A stretch of DNA of 63,846 nucleotides, filler included, from Salisapilia sapeloensis CBS 127946 (taxonomy: Eukaryota; Protista; Oomycota): the NCBI GenBank assembly GCA_023334545.1. It is 11 parts of 11 records of this genome, joined end to end, with 100 filler letters (N's around TTAATTAATTAA, not from the genome) between each part and the next. Parts side by side here need not be neighbours in the genome. Positions count along the whole stretch, not along the records: positions 1 to 28,367 come from JAADVB010000231.1; 10 more parts are not named here. One strand, given 5' to 3'. Positions 1 through 11,375 of the stretch are shown in pieces (position 1 is the stretch's first letter; each line of letters opens with the position of its first letter). The position numbers were made by a program, and so were the translations under genes. Below the pieces are notes generated by a model. The model saw only the letters and a program-made list of their open reading frames with translations. It was not told the DNA's origin and ran no database searches.

Positions 1-245
1 GTTCGTAGAGACGTTCCTCTCTATTTCTTCCTGGAGAGGTACATGGAGGCGTACGTGAATGAGATGGAGGCGTTCATCCAGATGTGCGCGAACGACAGTG
101 CGAATCCTGCGAGCGGTTTAGACGGTCGAGCCGCGTTGGTGTTGGCACTGGCAGCGAACAAGTCTCTCAAGGAAAATCGTCCTGTCAAAATATCCGAAAT
201 CAAATAAAAGAGAGAATAGGATGGTAGCAAGTGTCTTGTATTGGT

Positions 246-1237
246 TTAAAAGACGATCGTGTTGAGCATCGTGCCAAGGCACTGGACCGTGTTCATCGCC
301 ATGAGTTCATACACGTCCGTCTCCAAGTGTTTCTTCGGATCGACCTTGCCAACATTAAGCACCTCGAGTTCCTCTGGCGTCTTCTCCTGTTCATCCTGCA
401 CGCGTTTCTGGTACTGGACCGTCAGATCGAGCATGTCTTTAGCCGTCTTTTCATTCGCTTGCGTATGGTTTTCGAATTTCGACAGGACCAGACCGTCACT
501 CCACGTGTGCTTATGGAGGTTCATGAGCATCTGCTCTTCCAACTCGTTCTTACGGTAGTCAATAGCGATGCTGTAGTAGTGTCGATTGAGACCATGGATG
601 AGTGCCTGGATGGATGGTTTATTCAAATGTCCAATGTTGCTCGTGGTCTGTCGAGGTTCCTGTCCGAGCATCATGAGCTGCGGATTGATGAGTCGGAAGG
701 CATCAATCACGACTTTGCCCTTGACACTCTGAATCGGGTCCACGACGACGGCGACAGCTCGGCTATTGAGCGCCTCAAAGCTCTGCTGGGTGTTAATATC
801 GACACCAGAGAGCCAGCAGCCAAATCCTGGATGCGAGTGGTACCATCCGACAACCATTTCGGATCTATAGTAGACGTTACAAGGGTCAGAAGGTCGCTAT
901 AAGAGGCGAAGGAGACGTACCGTCCGGTTTGCTTGAGCATATCGAGCATTTTGGTCTGGAAGACAGGGTCAACGGCTTCGACACTGACGCCAGTACCGCT
1001 CTGCGGCATGGCAAAGACGTCAATGCAGTTGACCGTGTAGTCATCGACGAATTCGCCGAGCATGAGGCCCATGACTTCCATCGGGACGCCGGCTCGGCCG
1101 TGCTTAAGCATTTTCAAGAGCGCCAAGGACGAGATGTGTACCTTTTCGGCCGTATCAACCTGTGGTCCATCTCCTCCCGGTCCTCCTTGGCCGGTCATGC
1201 CCGGCAGATTGCCAAATAGACGCTGGAGTCGGTCCAT
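246..1237 (-). CDS. RPN11: 26S proteasome regulatory subunit RPN11/PSMD14 (JAMM deubiquitinase), 2 exons, intron 865-920
   Basis: [29 protein letters not shown] and [20 protein letters not shown] (JAMM HxH..D motif). A 56-nt GTACGT...TAG intron joins ORFs 707-1237 and 246-857 in frame. Confidence 0.98.
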
Positions 1238-1343
1238 CTCGTATATCTTTTTCTTTGGTCTGTTGGTCTGTTTGTATACGACGAATGAAAAATAGAATAC
1301 GGTAGTTTTATTTTACTTGGTTTTCGTATGCTTTAGTATCGAC

Positions 1344-1550
1344 ATGGAAGACGAACGCAAGACACGGGAACCGCATGCACCGTCAGGTATGAAGCGCATG
1401 GCGATGCGATTGAAACGACCGATGGATACGGGAGAAGATGAGGAGGGTATGGACTTGAGCGTCGATAATGCTCGTGCAGATAAAACACTGGTACACGCCG
1501 AGGATGTGCCGCATTTGGAAGACGACTTTGACGATGACGATTTAGCGTAA
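1344..1550 (+). CDS. Small acidic protein (68 aa), candidate COP9 signalosome subunit 9 (CSNAP/MYEOV2-like)
   Basis: C-terminus DKTLVHAEDVPHLEDDFDDDDLA resembles, from memory, the COPS9 tail ([22 protein letters not shown]). Fills the space between two tightly packed genes. Confidence 0.5.
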   Translation: MEDERKTREPHAPSGMKRMAMRLKRPMDTGEDEEGMDLSVDNARADKTLVHAEDVPHLEDDFDDDDLA

Positions 1551-1567
1551 AACACGACTTGTATTGC

Positions 1568-3001
1568 CTACGAAGTGTCTTTCTTTGCTGTGAAGAAGCT
1601 GCAGTTGTATACGGTCTTCATCATCGACTTGACATTGTTCGTATATGTGCATTCGCGCGTGTCTTGTTGCTATCGACACCGATTAGTACTCGATCTACTT
1701 TACATACAAAAACCAAGTACAAGAAGACGGAAATGGAATGTCGACATAATGTGCTGGATCTCGTCCATCGACAGCTCGATGCTCTCTTCGTATCGAGCGT
1801 CGCCGTCGCCGTCCTGCCAATGATAGAGCAGTGGACCGAGGTTGATCCAGTACCCACCAGGCTTGAGCATACGTTCGAACGCGCTAATGTACTCGATCAC
1901 GTTGGGCGCGGCATCGATGAAAAAGCACGTCACGATGCAGTCCCAGCACTCTACGTCGTCAGCGTAGGCCTCGAGGAACTCACCGGCACACATGCTAAAG
2001 TCCGGCGTGTGTCCGTCGGCGAGGCCGAGGAGCTCCGATGGTTGTACGTCTGGTACACGGATGGTACGCAGGAGATCTGCCTTTGCGAAGGCGTTCGACG
2101 GGTTATGGATCCACGGATGAAGCTCAAACTCTTGCGACTGCTGCGTACTGTATGATCTTAGTATGGTTTGGTAGAAGGAGGAAGGATGTAGGTACCAGTT
2201 GAGGATAAAGTTGCTGGCAAAGAGCATCTGATAGGAGAATTCATTGCCCTGTGCCGCGTACCCTATCTGGCATATAGTTAAGGCGAAGGTGTGGATGTGT
2301 AGATGAGGTACCTCTGGATGCAATCTCAAGTGCAAGACGACCAAGACCGGCGCCTGGAATCAAGACTTGCTTTCGACTACTGTCGCTATGTTTATGACTT
2401 GTGGAATTGTATGGGATAATGCATATACTCGGAGGAAGTAGTCGGAAGTACACGCTGTAGCTCTTCTAGGATCGGACCATAGCACTGTTCACGCTCCTCT
2501 TTGCCCTGTACTAGAATTTTAGAGCGTGCGTATTGGATGGGAGTATCTAGAGTACTTCTTCTGCCCAGTCTCGAACGAACTGGTGTAGCGTGCTTTTGAG
2601 TTTGGAGAAATGGCGGTAGGGCGATTGAAGCGGGATCTTCGGTCCGACAGGTGGCAAGTCGATGTCTGGACCACTGGACAATTGCGTCTGTACTATTTTT
2701 TCAAAGAAGACCTGGTTCTCCTGTGCTGCATTCTACCGGCGGAAGCGATAGATGACGAAATGATAGAAACAAACGTATAAAGATAGCATCGTACGATGAA
2801 TTCATGGAGCGTGTGGAGGACCGAGTTTGGTGGTAGACGTTTCTTCATATCGTCCGGAAGTTTCTGCAGGTGTTTCTTCCGACGAAAGATCTCTCGCATC
2901 ATGAATCCATGGTACTCTCGAAAAGATAGCAAGACGGAAGCATAGTGCGCTTGCTCCTCGGCATCTTGGTCCATTTCGTGTCCGTTTGGTGTGTTCGTCA
3001 T
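1568..3001 (-). CDS. CARNMT1: Carnosine N-methyltransferase / N2227-like SAM-dependent methyltransferase, multi-exon
   Basis: VLIPGAGLGRLALEIA, QGNEFSYQMLFASNFILN, MCAGEFLEAY, WDCIVTCFFIDAAPNVIEYI and PGGYWINLGPLLYHW spread over several exons. Start and stop inferred by splicing. Confidence 0.92.
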
Positions 3002-3067
3002 ACAAACATCAAGTGAGTGAGACGGATCACATCTGCTATCGCCTCCTGCCACCCTACTTTCGCCACC

Positions 3068-3566
3068 ATGTCCGAAGGCCGTCTCTTGCCCCTCGGTAAG
3101 TTCTCTCTAGCACTCGTACAAGTGTACTAGGATGGTAGAAATGAACGCATGTGTGCATAGAACTCATTGATAAATGCATCGGATCTCGTTTGTGGATCAT
3201 CATGAAAGGAGACAAGGAATTTGTCGGAACGCTCCGAGGCTTTGATGACTACGTCAGTACGTGTGCTATCTACTCTATTTACTATATATATTACTCAGCT
3301 TGTTGCATGCAGATATGGTCCTAGACGACGTCGTCGAGTAGTACGTCTATCTATTTTGTATGAAAGAGGTAGATACTAAGAGGATACGTGTATAGCGAAA
3401 TGAGCCCAACGGGCAAGAAGGAGGTCAAGCGAGACCAAGTGCTCTTGAACGGCAACAACGTTTGTCTGGTACATTCATCTATATCTTATCTACCAATCCG
3501 TCTCCTAACTTTTATACTATCTAGCTCGTACCAGGAGGCTCACCGACGACGGAATCAACTAGTTAA
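3068..3566 (+). CDS. LSM5: U6 snRNA-associated Sm-like protein LSm5, 5 exons (missed by the ORF track)
   Basis: Spliced translation [51 protein letters not shown]...[17 protein letters not shown]. Four GT-AG introns of about 55-65 nt; start context gccaccATG. Confidence 0.96.
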
Positions 3567-3608
3567 GTAGAGCACAAAGCCAAACAACATCTTGTTCCAT
3601 CTCTATTC

Positions 3609-3941
3609 TTAATTGTTTGTCTTGGCATTATTCATCGCTCGAACTCGATTGCGGTTCGCGAGCGACAGGTACCGTCGTTGTTCCTCCATCGTCAAATTCT
3701 CAAAGCCCTTGCGCTCCAATTCACCCACCGTCGGGCCTTCTTCCAAGAGCGTAAAGAGCCATTCGGGATACTCTTCCTTGGCTTTCAATTCCGGGTGCGA
3801 ACCTTCCTTGTAGATATTCACGGGCACATACTTGCTCAAGTCGACAACAGGTTCTTGGACTGCTGCTGCCTTCCCTCCCTTGCCTTTCGCAGGCGCGGCA
3901 TAGCCTCGCACAAGCACTCGCTGGAGCTGACGTCGGAGCAT
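3609..3941 (-). CDS. MRPL54: Mitochondrial ribosomal protein mL54 (yeast MRPL37 family)
   Basis: Presequence-like MLRRQLQRVLVRGYA followed by VNIYKEGSHPELKAKEEYPEWLFTL, typical of mL54. Confidence 0.85.
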   Translation of the reverse strand: MLRRQLQRVLVRGYAAPAKGKGGKAAAVQEPVVDLSKYVPVNIYKEGSHPELKAKEEYPEWLFTLLEEGPTVGELERKGFENLTMEEQRRYLSLANRNRVRAMNNAKTNN

Positions 3942-4020
3942 ACTGTAGACAAATGAGTGGCGACTAGTTATTGTCTTGTATAACAAATGACCTCGGACAA
4001 CCAACGGACACGAACGCCAA

Positions 4021-5081
4021 GATGATGAAGAAGAAGGGCAAGAAGCGTGGGCGTAGTAGCAAGGGTGCTGAGAATTTTGCGCTCTCGTCCGAACAGAGCC
4101 GTCGAGAGACAGCTGAGAAGAAGGAGCAGATTCGAAAACGCTTGAAAGTTGTCCACTTGCAACGTGAGCTCGAGCGCAAGGAGACCGAGTTGCGAAAGAC
4201 GGTCAAGAATCCACAGGAGCCCAAGCCAAAGCGTCCGAAGGGACCTCTTCGGCCGGAGGAATGGAAACTCAAGGGTCCAGCTCGACCTGCTGCCATGTTA
4301 GCACGGATTGAGGCGGGAGAGCTGGATGAACGTGGAGATGAGATTCCGATTCCACCCGAGACCTACGATCTACTGCAGCAGGTGAAGGATGAAGGCCGAA
4401 TGGGAGAGCATCCGGAGACGAGAGAATACCTACGGTAGGTCTATAAACTCGTACTGTCCTATAAAATCTAACTCGTAACGTAGGATCATGCGTGACTTGG
4501 CTGGTGCGTGCTGCGAGGCTGGGAAGAACGCCAAGGGTATTCGCTTGTACGAAGAGGTGATGAAGCTGGATGAGGAGGATGCAAGTAAGGCGAGTGAAGG
4601 GCTCGCGTGTGCGCTTGTGGATGAAGGTAGAGGCGTGGAAGCGCGCGCTTTACTAGAAAAACGCCAGGACGTCGCGTCTGCTGTGTTAGCTTACTGTCGA
4701 GTCGTGCTAGAATACGTTAGTTGGGAGGTGTTAGAGGAAGAGGGGGCATCGGAGGAAGTGGTGCGAGAGGCGTTGAAGAAAGCGTACGCCTTGAATCCGT
4801 TCATTGCTGTCTTTATCTCGATGCATGAGTCCTTCTTCCAAGCAGTCGAGTACGTCGAGGAGATCCCAGAGCCAGCACCTCGAGGCTCGATCGATGAGTG
4901 TTTCCTCTACTGCAGTCGGAATATGGGCGTGTGGATCGATACAGTCGGTGCGTGTGCCTGGATCGAGAAGGAGTTAGAGACGATGGGTATGCCTAGTGTC
5001 AAAGAGGGAGACGCGAGTGATAGCATGTACATTGGCATGTACGAGACGGCGGTGGAGATGCATCAGGAGAGTGTAGAGTAA
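4021..5081 (+). CDS. Hypothetical protein: basic N-terminus plus ST7-like/TPR helical domain, 2 exons
   Basis: ORFs 3971-4438 and 4488-5081 joined by a GTAGGT...TAG intron. Pattern LDEED..A...LACALVDEGR..EARALL...ALNP...GSIDE..LY....W....GA..W. Confidence 0.65.
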
Positions 5082-5098
5082 GATGAATCGAATGACGT

Positions 5099-5569
5099 TT
5101 ATTCCTCCACGTACTTGGCGAACAGGAACTCGGGGTTTGTCATGGCCTTGAACTCGAGATTATTCCCGCTCGGGTCCTTGAAGAACATGGTCCACTGCTC
5201 TCCCTTCCGGCCTTGAAAGCGAATGTGCGGTTCTACGATGAACTTGATCCCGGCGGTACGTAGCCGATCGGCGAGAGCGTGGAACTCATCGACTTCCAAG
5301 GCCGCGCCAAAGTGCGGCACGGGCACGTCATCGGCGTCCACGGGGTTGAAATGGTCTTGACAGCGGTAATCCTTCCCGGCTTCATGTACTACGAGCTGGT
5401 GGCCGAGCATGTTGTAGTCCTGCCAGGTCTTGGAGGATCTGCCCTCTTCGAAGCCGAGGGTCTGTCCGTAGAACGCTTTCGCGAGCTCGAGGTCATGCAC
5501 CGGCACGGCGAGGTGGAATGGAGGCATGGCACGAGAGGACATGGCGCGCGTGAACGCTTGGCGTAGCAT
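5099..5569 (-). CDS. VOC/glyoxalase-superfamily protein (COG3565-like predicted dioxygenase) with mitochondrial-type presequence
   Basis: [55 protein letters not shown]; N-terminus [12 protein letters not shown]; intronless. Confidence 0.88.
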   Translation of the reverse strand: MLRQAFTRAMSSRAMPPFHLAVPVHDLELAKAFYGQTLGFEEGRSSKTWQDYNMLGHQLVVHEAGKDYRCQDHFNPVDADDVPVPHFGAALEVDEFHALADRLRTAGIKFIVEPHIRFQGRKGEQWTMFFKDPSGNNLEFKAMTNPEFLFAKYVEE

Positions 5570-5626
5570 CTTGATGTGTTCCGATGGGAAATGAGAAATA
5601 AAGTCATTTTTTCTTCGTCTAATAGC

Positions 5627-6764
5627 ATGATTACCGGGTTGAAAGCGACGTGGCAGCTGACGAGAGTGGCACGGGCATTCACGTCCAAGAGCTATGATCC
5701 GGCACGCGCGGCACGGACGCAGAAATTGCTTGAGAGACGTAAGGTTACTACAAGAGATCTTGGTGTCCTGAAGCGGAAGCAAAAGCCTATCACGATGGTC
5801 ACGGCGTACGACTACCCGTCGGCCGTGCATGTGGATTTGGCTGGCTTTGACGTGCTCCTCGTCGGAGATTCTGTCGGGATGGTCGAGTTGGTACGATAGT
5901 AGCTGGCCTAGTGCTTGCTTAGGAGCTTACGATGGTTCTAGGGCATGGACACGACGATCCCCGTGACAATGGACGAGATGATCCATCACACGCGAGCGGT
6001 GAAACGTGGGGCCCAGCGGCCTCTGGTCATCACGGACATGCCGTTCGGGTCCTGCGAAGGATCTCCTTACGACGCGCTGCAGAACGCCCAGCGCATCCTC
6101 AAGGAAGGCGGCGCGGACGCCGTGAAGATCGAAGGCGGACGTGAGATGACGGAGAACATTGCCAAGATCGTGCATAGCGGCATCGCTGTCATGGGCCACG
6201 TCGGCCTTCGGCCTCAGCACATTAGTGTCATGGGCGGCTTCCGGGCACAAGGTCGCACGGCCAAGCAGGCAGAGGAGATTATTGAGGATGCGCTCGCGGT
6301 GGAGAAAGCAGGAGCCTTTAGTGTCGTGTTGGAGTGCGTGCCGTCTGCCGTCGCCAAACACGTGACGGAGATCCTGTCGATCCCGACGATTGGCATCGGC
6401 GCTGGGCCGCACACGAGCGGGCAAGTTCTCGTCTTCCACGATATGCTCGGGATGCTCCAGCACCCGCACCACGCGCAGTTCGTGCCAAAGTTCTGCAAGC
6501 GTTATGCACAAGTAGGTGAGAGCATTCGTCTTGGTTTGGAGGATTTCCGAGATGATGTCGAGAACCATCGCTTCTCGAGTGAAGAGTACTCGCCGTACAA
6601 GGTATAAAGCGGTTCTAGTGCCTATAGGCAAAAAGGTATTCATGTGAGTCTAGATGTCAGCAGAGGAGACGGAGAAGCTGGAGAAGCTCGTTCAAGACAA
6701 GTACAAGAAGGGAGAAAAGCACGAGGAAGACGACACGGCGTCGGATGTGACGAAAGTGTATTAG
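5627..6764 (+). CDS. panB: 3-methyl-2-oxobutanoate hydroxymethyltransferase (ketopantoate hydroxymethyltransferase), 3 exons
   Basis: [61 protein letters not shown]. Introns at 5891-5941 and about 6602-6653. Confidence 0.97.
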
Positions 6765-6765
6765 A

Positions 6766-7236
6766 CTAGGGTGGTTCTAGGAACGAGAAACTTGGTGGAA
6801 ATGGAACCTCTTCGTCCCCTTCACTGTCTTGTGTTTGTCTTGTGTCTTGCTTTGGACTTATATGAACTGGGGGTTCCGCCCGGCATTCACCCGTCGCAGT
6901 GTTCTGGTAAAAGTGGCATCCGGCTTGGAAGCACTCGACCCACGTGGATAACCTTCGTGTGGTCTCTCTTGCTAGCCGCTGCTTTCGACCACTGCGGGGT
7001 GAGGTGATACCGTTCGGACGGCGTGGAGGTGAGGGTGCGCCTTCGAGTTTCCGAAGGGATTCGACGCCAGAGTTACTACGCTGACTGTCCTTCTGAGCTT
7101 GCTTCCGTGTCATGAACAGCACTTCCGGCTTGACTGAGCTGTCCTCATGAAGGTACTTCATCCGACCGGTGTACATGATCGTCATGGCTTCCGCGTCTTC
7201 CATCGCGTCCGACATGCTGATGGATGCTGCACTCAT
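6766..7236 (-). CDS. Hypothetical protein with a WW-like motif
   Basis: 156-aa ORF containing WVECFQAGCHFYQNTATGECRAEPP. Confidence 0.55.
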   Translation of the reverse strand: MSAASISMSDAMEDAEAMTIMYTGRMKYLHEDSSVKPEVLFMTRKQAQKDSQRSNSGVESLRKLEGAPSPPRRPNGITSPRSGRKQRLARETTRRLSTWVECFQAGCHFYQNTATGECRAEPPVHISPKQDTRQTQDSEGDEEVPFPPSFSFLEPP

Positions 7237-7326
7237 CGCTATCGCAAGTGAAGAGCTAACGGTACTGACTAAAGTAAAGACCTCTTTATCTTATTCTCTC
7301 GTCCTTGGACTAGTAGCTATTTATAT

Positions 7327-9607
7327 TCACATGCTCTGTGGCTTGATGTACGCTGCGATCAGCTGCCGAGTTTGCCTTCCTTTCCAAACCTTTTGGATTG
7401 TAGCAGCACGACCATCTAACTCGTCACATCTCCTCGCTTCAAAGTCAGACAGTTGGACGAACTGCCGAGTCTGTAGACGTCCTTCAGCAAACGCTGTAGA
7501 CACTAGCATGCTTGGCAGAGGTAAGAAGGCTACACGAGCGACACCTCGGTCATGTACATGAACGTTCCATATGCAGAGGTTGCCAGCTTCTAGATCCCAT
7601 AGTTTGATGTATCCATCTACTCCAGATGAAATCAACAGATTGGAAGGTTTCGTCCATTCCAAAGACATTATCGTCCCACGATGAGCTGGAAAGCGTCGCC
7701 TAGACTTGAGCTTCGTGTGTACATTGACTACCGATAGGTATGTATGAAAACAGGATGTGGCATCTGCTATAACCAAGTGGAAACTTAGGTCGTCAAACGC
7801 TGTGCAGTGAGATGGAGCCGCTAGATCCATGCTGTGGGCTTTGAACACCCATCTAGACTCCGTACAATCACCTGACATGAGTAGCATACTAGCTTGATGC
7901 TGGAAGCTCACGGCGATGTATGGACATGTGGTTGCGGTGGAAACATGAGCGACGATATCTACTTCAGTTGGTGATTGCCAGTGATAGACCAAGTGAAAGT
8001 CTGGTGATTGAGCGTATATCGCGACAGTCCGATGGAGATCTGAAACGACTACAAGCTCGCCCTTCGCAGCAAAGAGAACGACTTTGGGATCTTTTTTGAA
8101 CTCGGGTAGTGGTGTGGTGACTTGACTCAAGAAGTGTTTAGCAGCTTCAGGCTTCCGGCTAAAGACAGGTAGCTTTGATTTTCGCTTAGAAACAGAGGAT
8201 CGTGCCAACGATTCTTTTCTAGGAGGCTCAACATCAACTGGTGTGTACAGCAGCAGCGTATACGTCGTTGATCGAGTCTTCTTGTTCGATGTTACCATAG
8301 TAACTACGAGAAGATTTACGACGTCAGACCATTGCATGCTTGTGGTATGTGAGAGAAGATGTGCATGAGATGGAGTCGGGAGGCGGACGGGAGCGAAAAC
8401 TTTCGACGGGGTCAGTGTCGACGCTGCTACAGGTGTAACTAGACTAGTGTTATTATCGACCTTTGTACAAAAGATCGTTTCATAGGTAGCAGACACCGTC
8501 ATGAGCTTAGTGAAAAATGAAGGAGGGTTTGCCTTTCGACTTGCCACCGTGCGAGCTTGTAGCTTGACGATACTAACGCTACACTTGGACGTCTCCATCA
8601 TACCTTCTTCGTTCTCGCAGACGCAATAGTATTCGCCAATTGTCCGCCGTGTCAGCTTATGGATGACTAGCACGAGTTTATCGGCACCTGCCCACACTGA
8701 CTGATGCTCGAACCGGTCGGATATGAGCTTGTTGTCCAAGTACCATTGGCAATGCTGAATATACTTGCCTCTGACTCGGAGAACTACGGAAGTATGCTCA
8801 TGAGCGACGATTCGAGATGGTAGCGAAGTGTCTAGAAGAGGAAGCTGTTCCTTGTCTGGATCCAATCCGAGAGCAAGTTTCTTTGCTCGAAGCTTGGCAC
8901 GTCGAGCACGATCCAGAGCCTCTCTTTCTTTCTGTTGACGCACTTCTAGTTCTCGACGAGCTTCCTCTTCTTCGACGAGCTTTCGCTGCTTTTCAATTGC
9001 ATGCGTCTCTGCGTCTTCCTCTATCCATCTACCGGTTGGCGTTAGGATGCGACGAAGGTCTTGGAGAAATTGGATGACACGTTCATCATCTCTCGCGTGC
9101 GTCTGGAGCGTTTGGACGCAAGCGACGATGCCGTCGTGGGTAGGCTGGAAACCGAACGTCGGGATGACTTGGTGGAGAGCATCGAAGACCACTGGTAGGT
9201 AGTCCTGGAAGATCAGGAAGATATCGCCTTTGCCTATAAGTAGAGGAAGGATGAGAGACGTAGTAAGGAAGTAAATTACGTTCTTACATTGCTCTAAGAC
9301 CTTCTCTAGCTGGTGCTTTGTCCCTGGACGGTCGAAGGTATCTTGTAAGGCATCAAGTAGTTCTACAAACACGAATTGGCTTCTTACTAGTGTAAAAGAA
9401 TGATAATAATCCCAAGTTACCATCAATGTCTTTCTTATCAAACGGTTGGCAGGTATGCTGGAGACCATCGGACTTTACTCGACGCGTAAGGTTTGGTTCG
9501 AGTAGTCCACAGACACAACATTTTACGTATGCTTCATTCACTCGCTTCACTTGCCTACTTCCACAGCTTATGCAGAGTCCATTGGACGTGTCTTGGTTAA
9601 GCATCAC
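7327..9607 (-). CDS. Multidomain protein: CxxC..CxxC Zn-ribbon, coiled coil, Ig-like (I-set) domain, WD40 repeats, C-terminal IQ motif; 2 exons
   Basis: Exon 1 (LCISCG...KCCVCG) splices through a 58-nt intron (9363-9420) into the 713-aa ORF. QWYLDNKLI...GEYYCVCENEEG (Ig); AHRGTIMSLEW...LISSGVDGYIKLWD (WD40); ATIQKVWKGRQTR (IQ). Confidence 0.75.
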
Positions 9608-9688
9608 GTCGCGTCGTTTGATGAAGGGACGGAGGAAACGCTTATAGCTGCCAACGTCTCATTACAAGTCGAAAGGAAAGAAGCAGAG

Positions 9689-10635
9689 ATGTATGATAGT
9701 GATGAGGAACCTCCACTTCTTGTTGAGGATCATGATGAGATTCAAGTAGAAGATAATGTGGAAGACAGTAGTTTGATGGACGAAATGCTCAAGGCCTCAG
9801 AGCAAGCCAAGCAGGAGAAAAACAGAGAACAAGATGCGACTAAGAACCGAAAGTCCTTTGGCAGTGGCCTTCGCAAAGGATTTTTTCAGCAGAAAGCTCC
9901 AGCCAAGAAGCCTTCTTCATCTACTCTCGAGCAAAAGGTAGTTATTATGCGATTTAATTTGTATTGATCCCTAACGACAGCAAGTAGAGAGAAAGCAAGC
10001 TCCATATCATCAAGGATTCCAATGTGAAAGAGTCTAAAGCATACGACCAAGGCTTTGTGTTTCCAGAAGTGCAGAAAGCAATGAGTGATATGCATCAAAT
10101 GGATCCGAAGACATGGATGAATGATCGGTTCATGGAGAAAGTAGCAAAAAACTCGAAATTAGCTCGAGCTGTCCAGAATCCTCGTTTCGTTCGAGCAATG
10201 GAAGAGATGCAAAGAGATCCGAAAGGAGCCACGCAAAAGTACAAAGACGATAAGGAGGTTTCATCCATGCTGCAGACGTTCATGCAGTTCATGGGTGATC
10301 ACTTTGAAGAGTTAGGAAAGAAGCAGGAGAAGGAAGAATCGAAACAAAAACCAAAGGAAGATAATCAATTGACCACAACCCCAGCAATTGTCGATATGGA
10401 TGCCAAGCGTCGAGAGGCTTTAGAAGCAATGCCACGATCGAAAGAGGAGGATGCACACGTCCGGAAGATACTAGAGCATCCTGAGCTCATGGCAGCTCTT
10501 TCGGACACTCGATTGATGGACCAGCTCAAGGCATGTCAAGCTTCTCCTGCAAACCTCCAGCGTCTCGCAGCAGATCCAGACCTCGGGCCCAAGTTTCGAC
10601 TTTTATTACAGCATAAGCTTGTCTCCTTTGCCTAG
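9689..10635 (+). CDS. STI1/HOP DP-domain-containing protein, 2 exons
   Basis: AVQNPRFVRAMEEMQRDPKGATQKYKDDKEV and LEHPELMAALSDTRL...QASPANLQRLAADPDLGPKFRLL are DP-repeat-like. ORFs 9551-9967 and 10024-10635. Confidence 0.7.
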
Positions 10636-10745
10636 ATAACGGATGGAATATACTAGATATGTACATGTCCTACAGTTCCTACTCCTCTTCCGACCCTTCA
10701 AGATCGTACGTCTTGGGCCACCATTTCGACATCAAAACGTACAAA

Positions 10746-11326
10746 ATGTCCAAGGAGCAAGTCGAAGCCGAGATGACGCGCTACCGTGCGCTTCAAGAAG
10801 GTTAGTTGATTGAATATTCTTGTATTTAATAGATACAAGACGTGGGCGTGCTCATGTATATTTATTTCGTACCAAAGAGGTGCAGGAGCTTGCTGGCCAA
10901 CGTCAAAAGTTCGCCCAGCAGCAGAATGAAAATGACATGGTCCAAAAGGTATCCTTCCATACGTTATATCTCGTTCTGCTTTGCTTGTACTCAATCTACT
11001 TGTGTATATATTACAGGAGCTAGAATTGCTTGACGATGACGCCAAGGTCTTTAAGCTCGTGGGTCCAGTGCTGCTCAAGCAGGAGGTCTCGGAAGCTAAA
11101 TCGAACGTCGAAAAGCGTCTTGAGTTCATCAACCACGAGCTGTACGATCCTTCGTTATCCTCTACTATCCCACCTACCTACCATATCTTGTAGATCCAAA
11201 GTAAGCGGCAAGATCGAGCAAAAGGAGAAGGACGCGACGACCATTCGACAGAAAGTGTCTTCCTTGCAGATGGACATGCAGCGCCAGGCATCCGAAGCTG
11301 CACAGAGCGTCATGTCGAATGAATAA
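10746..11326 (+). CDS. PFDN6: Prefoldin subunit 6, 4 exons
   Basis: Spliced QQQNENDMVQKELELLDDDAKVFKLVGPVLLKQEVSEAKSNVEKRLEFI. Confidence 0.95.
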
Positions 11327-11375
11327 ACAGCATCTAGCAAACACTAAAACCGCAAAACAAATTCTTTTTTCGTCT

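Noticed and set aside
231-902. Long antisense ORFs (231-902, 1559-2155, 5927-6643, 15212-15988, 18582-19628, 57629-58726 and others)
   Set aside because: Shadow frames of clearly identified genes with biased codon usage; no motifs of their own.
9387-9420. 34-nt ultra-short intron in the WD40 gene
   Set aside because: A downstream acceptor (TTTGTAG) gives a 58-nt intron in the same phase, matching the typical size in this window.
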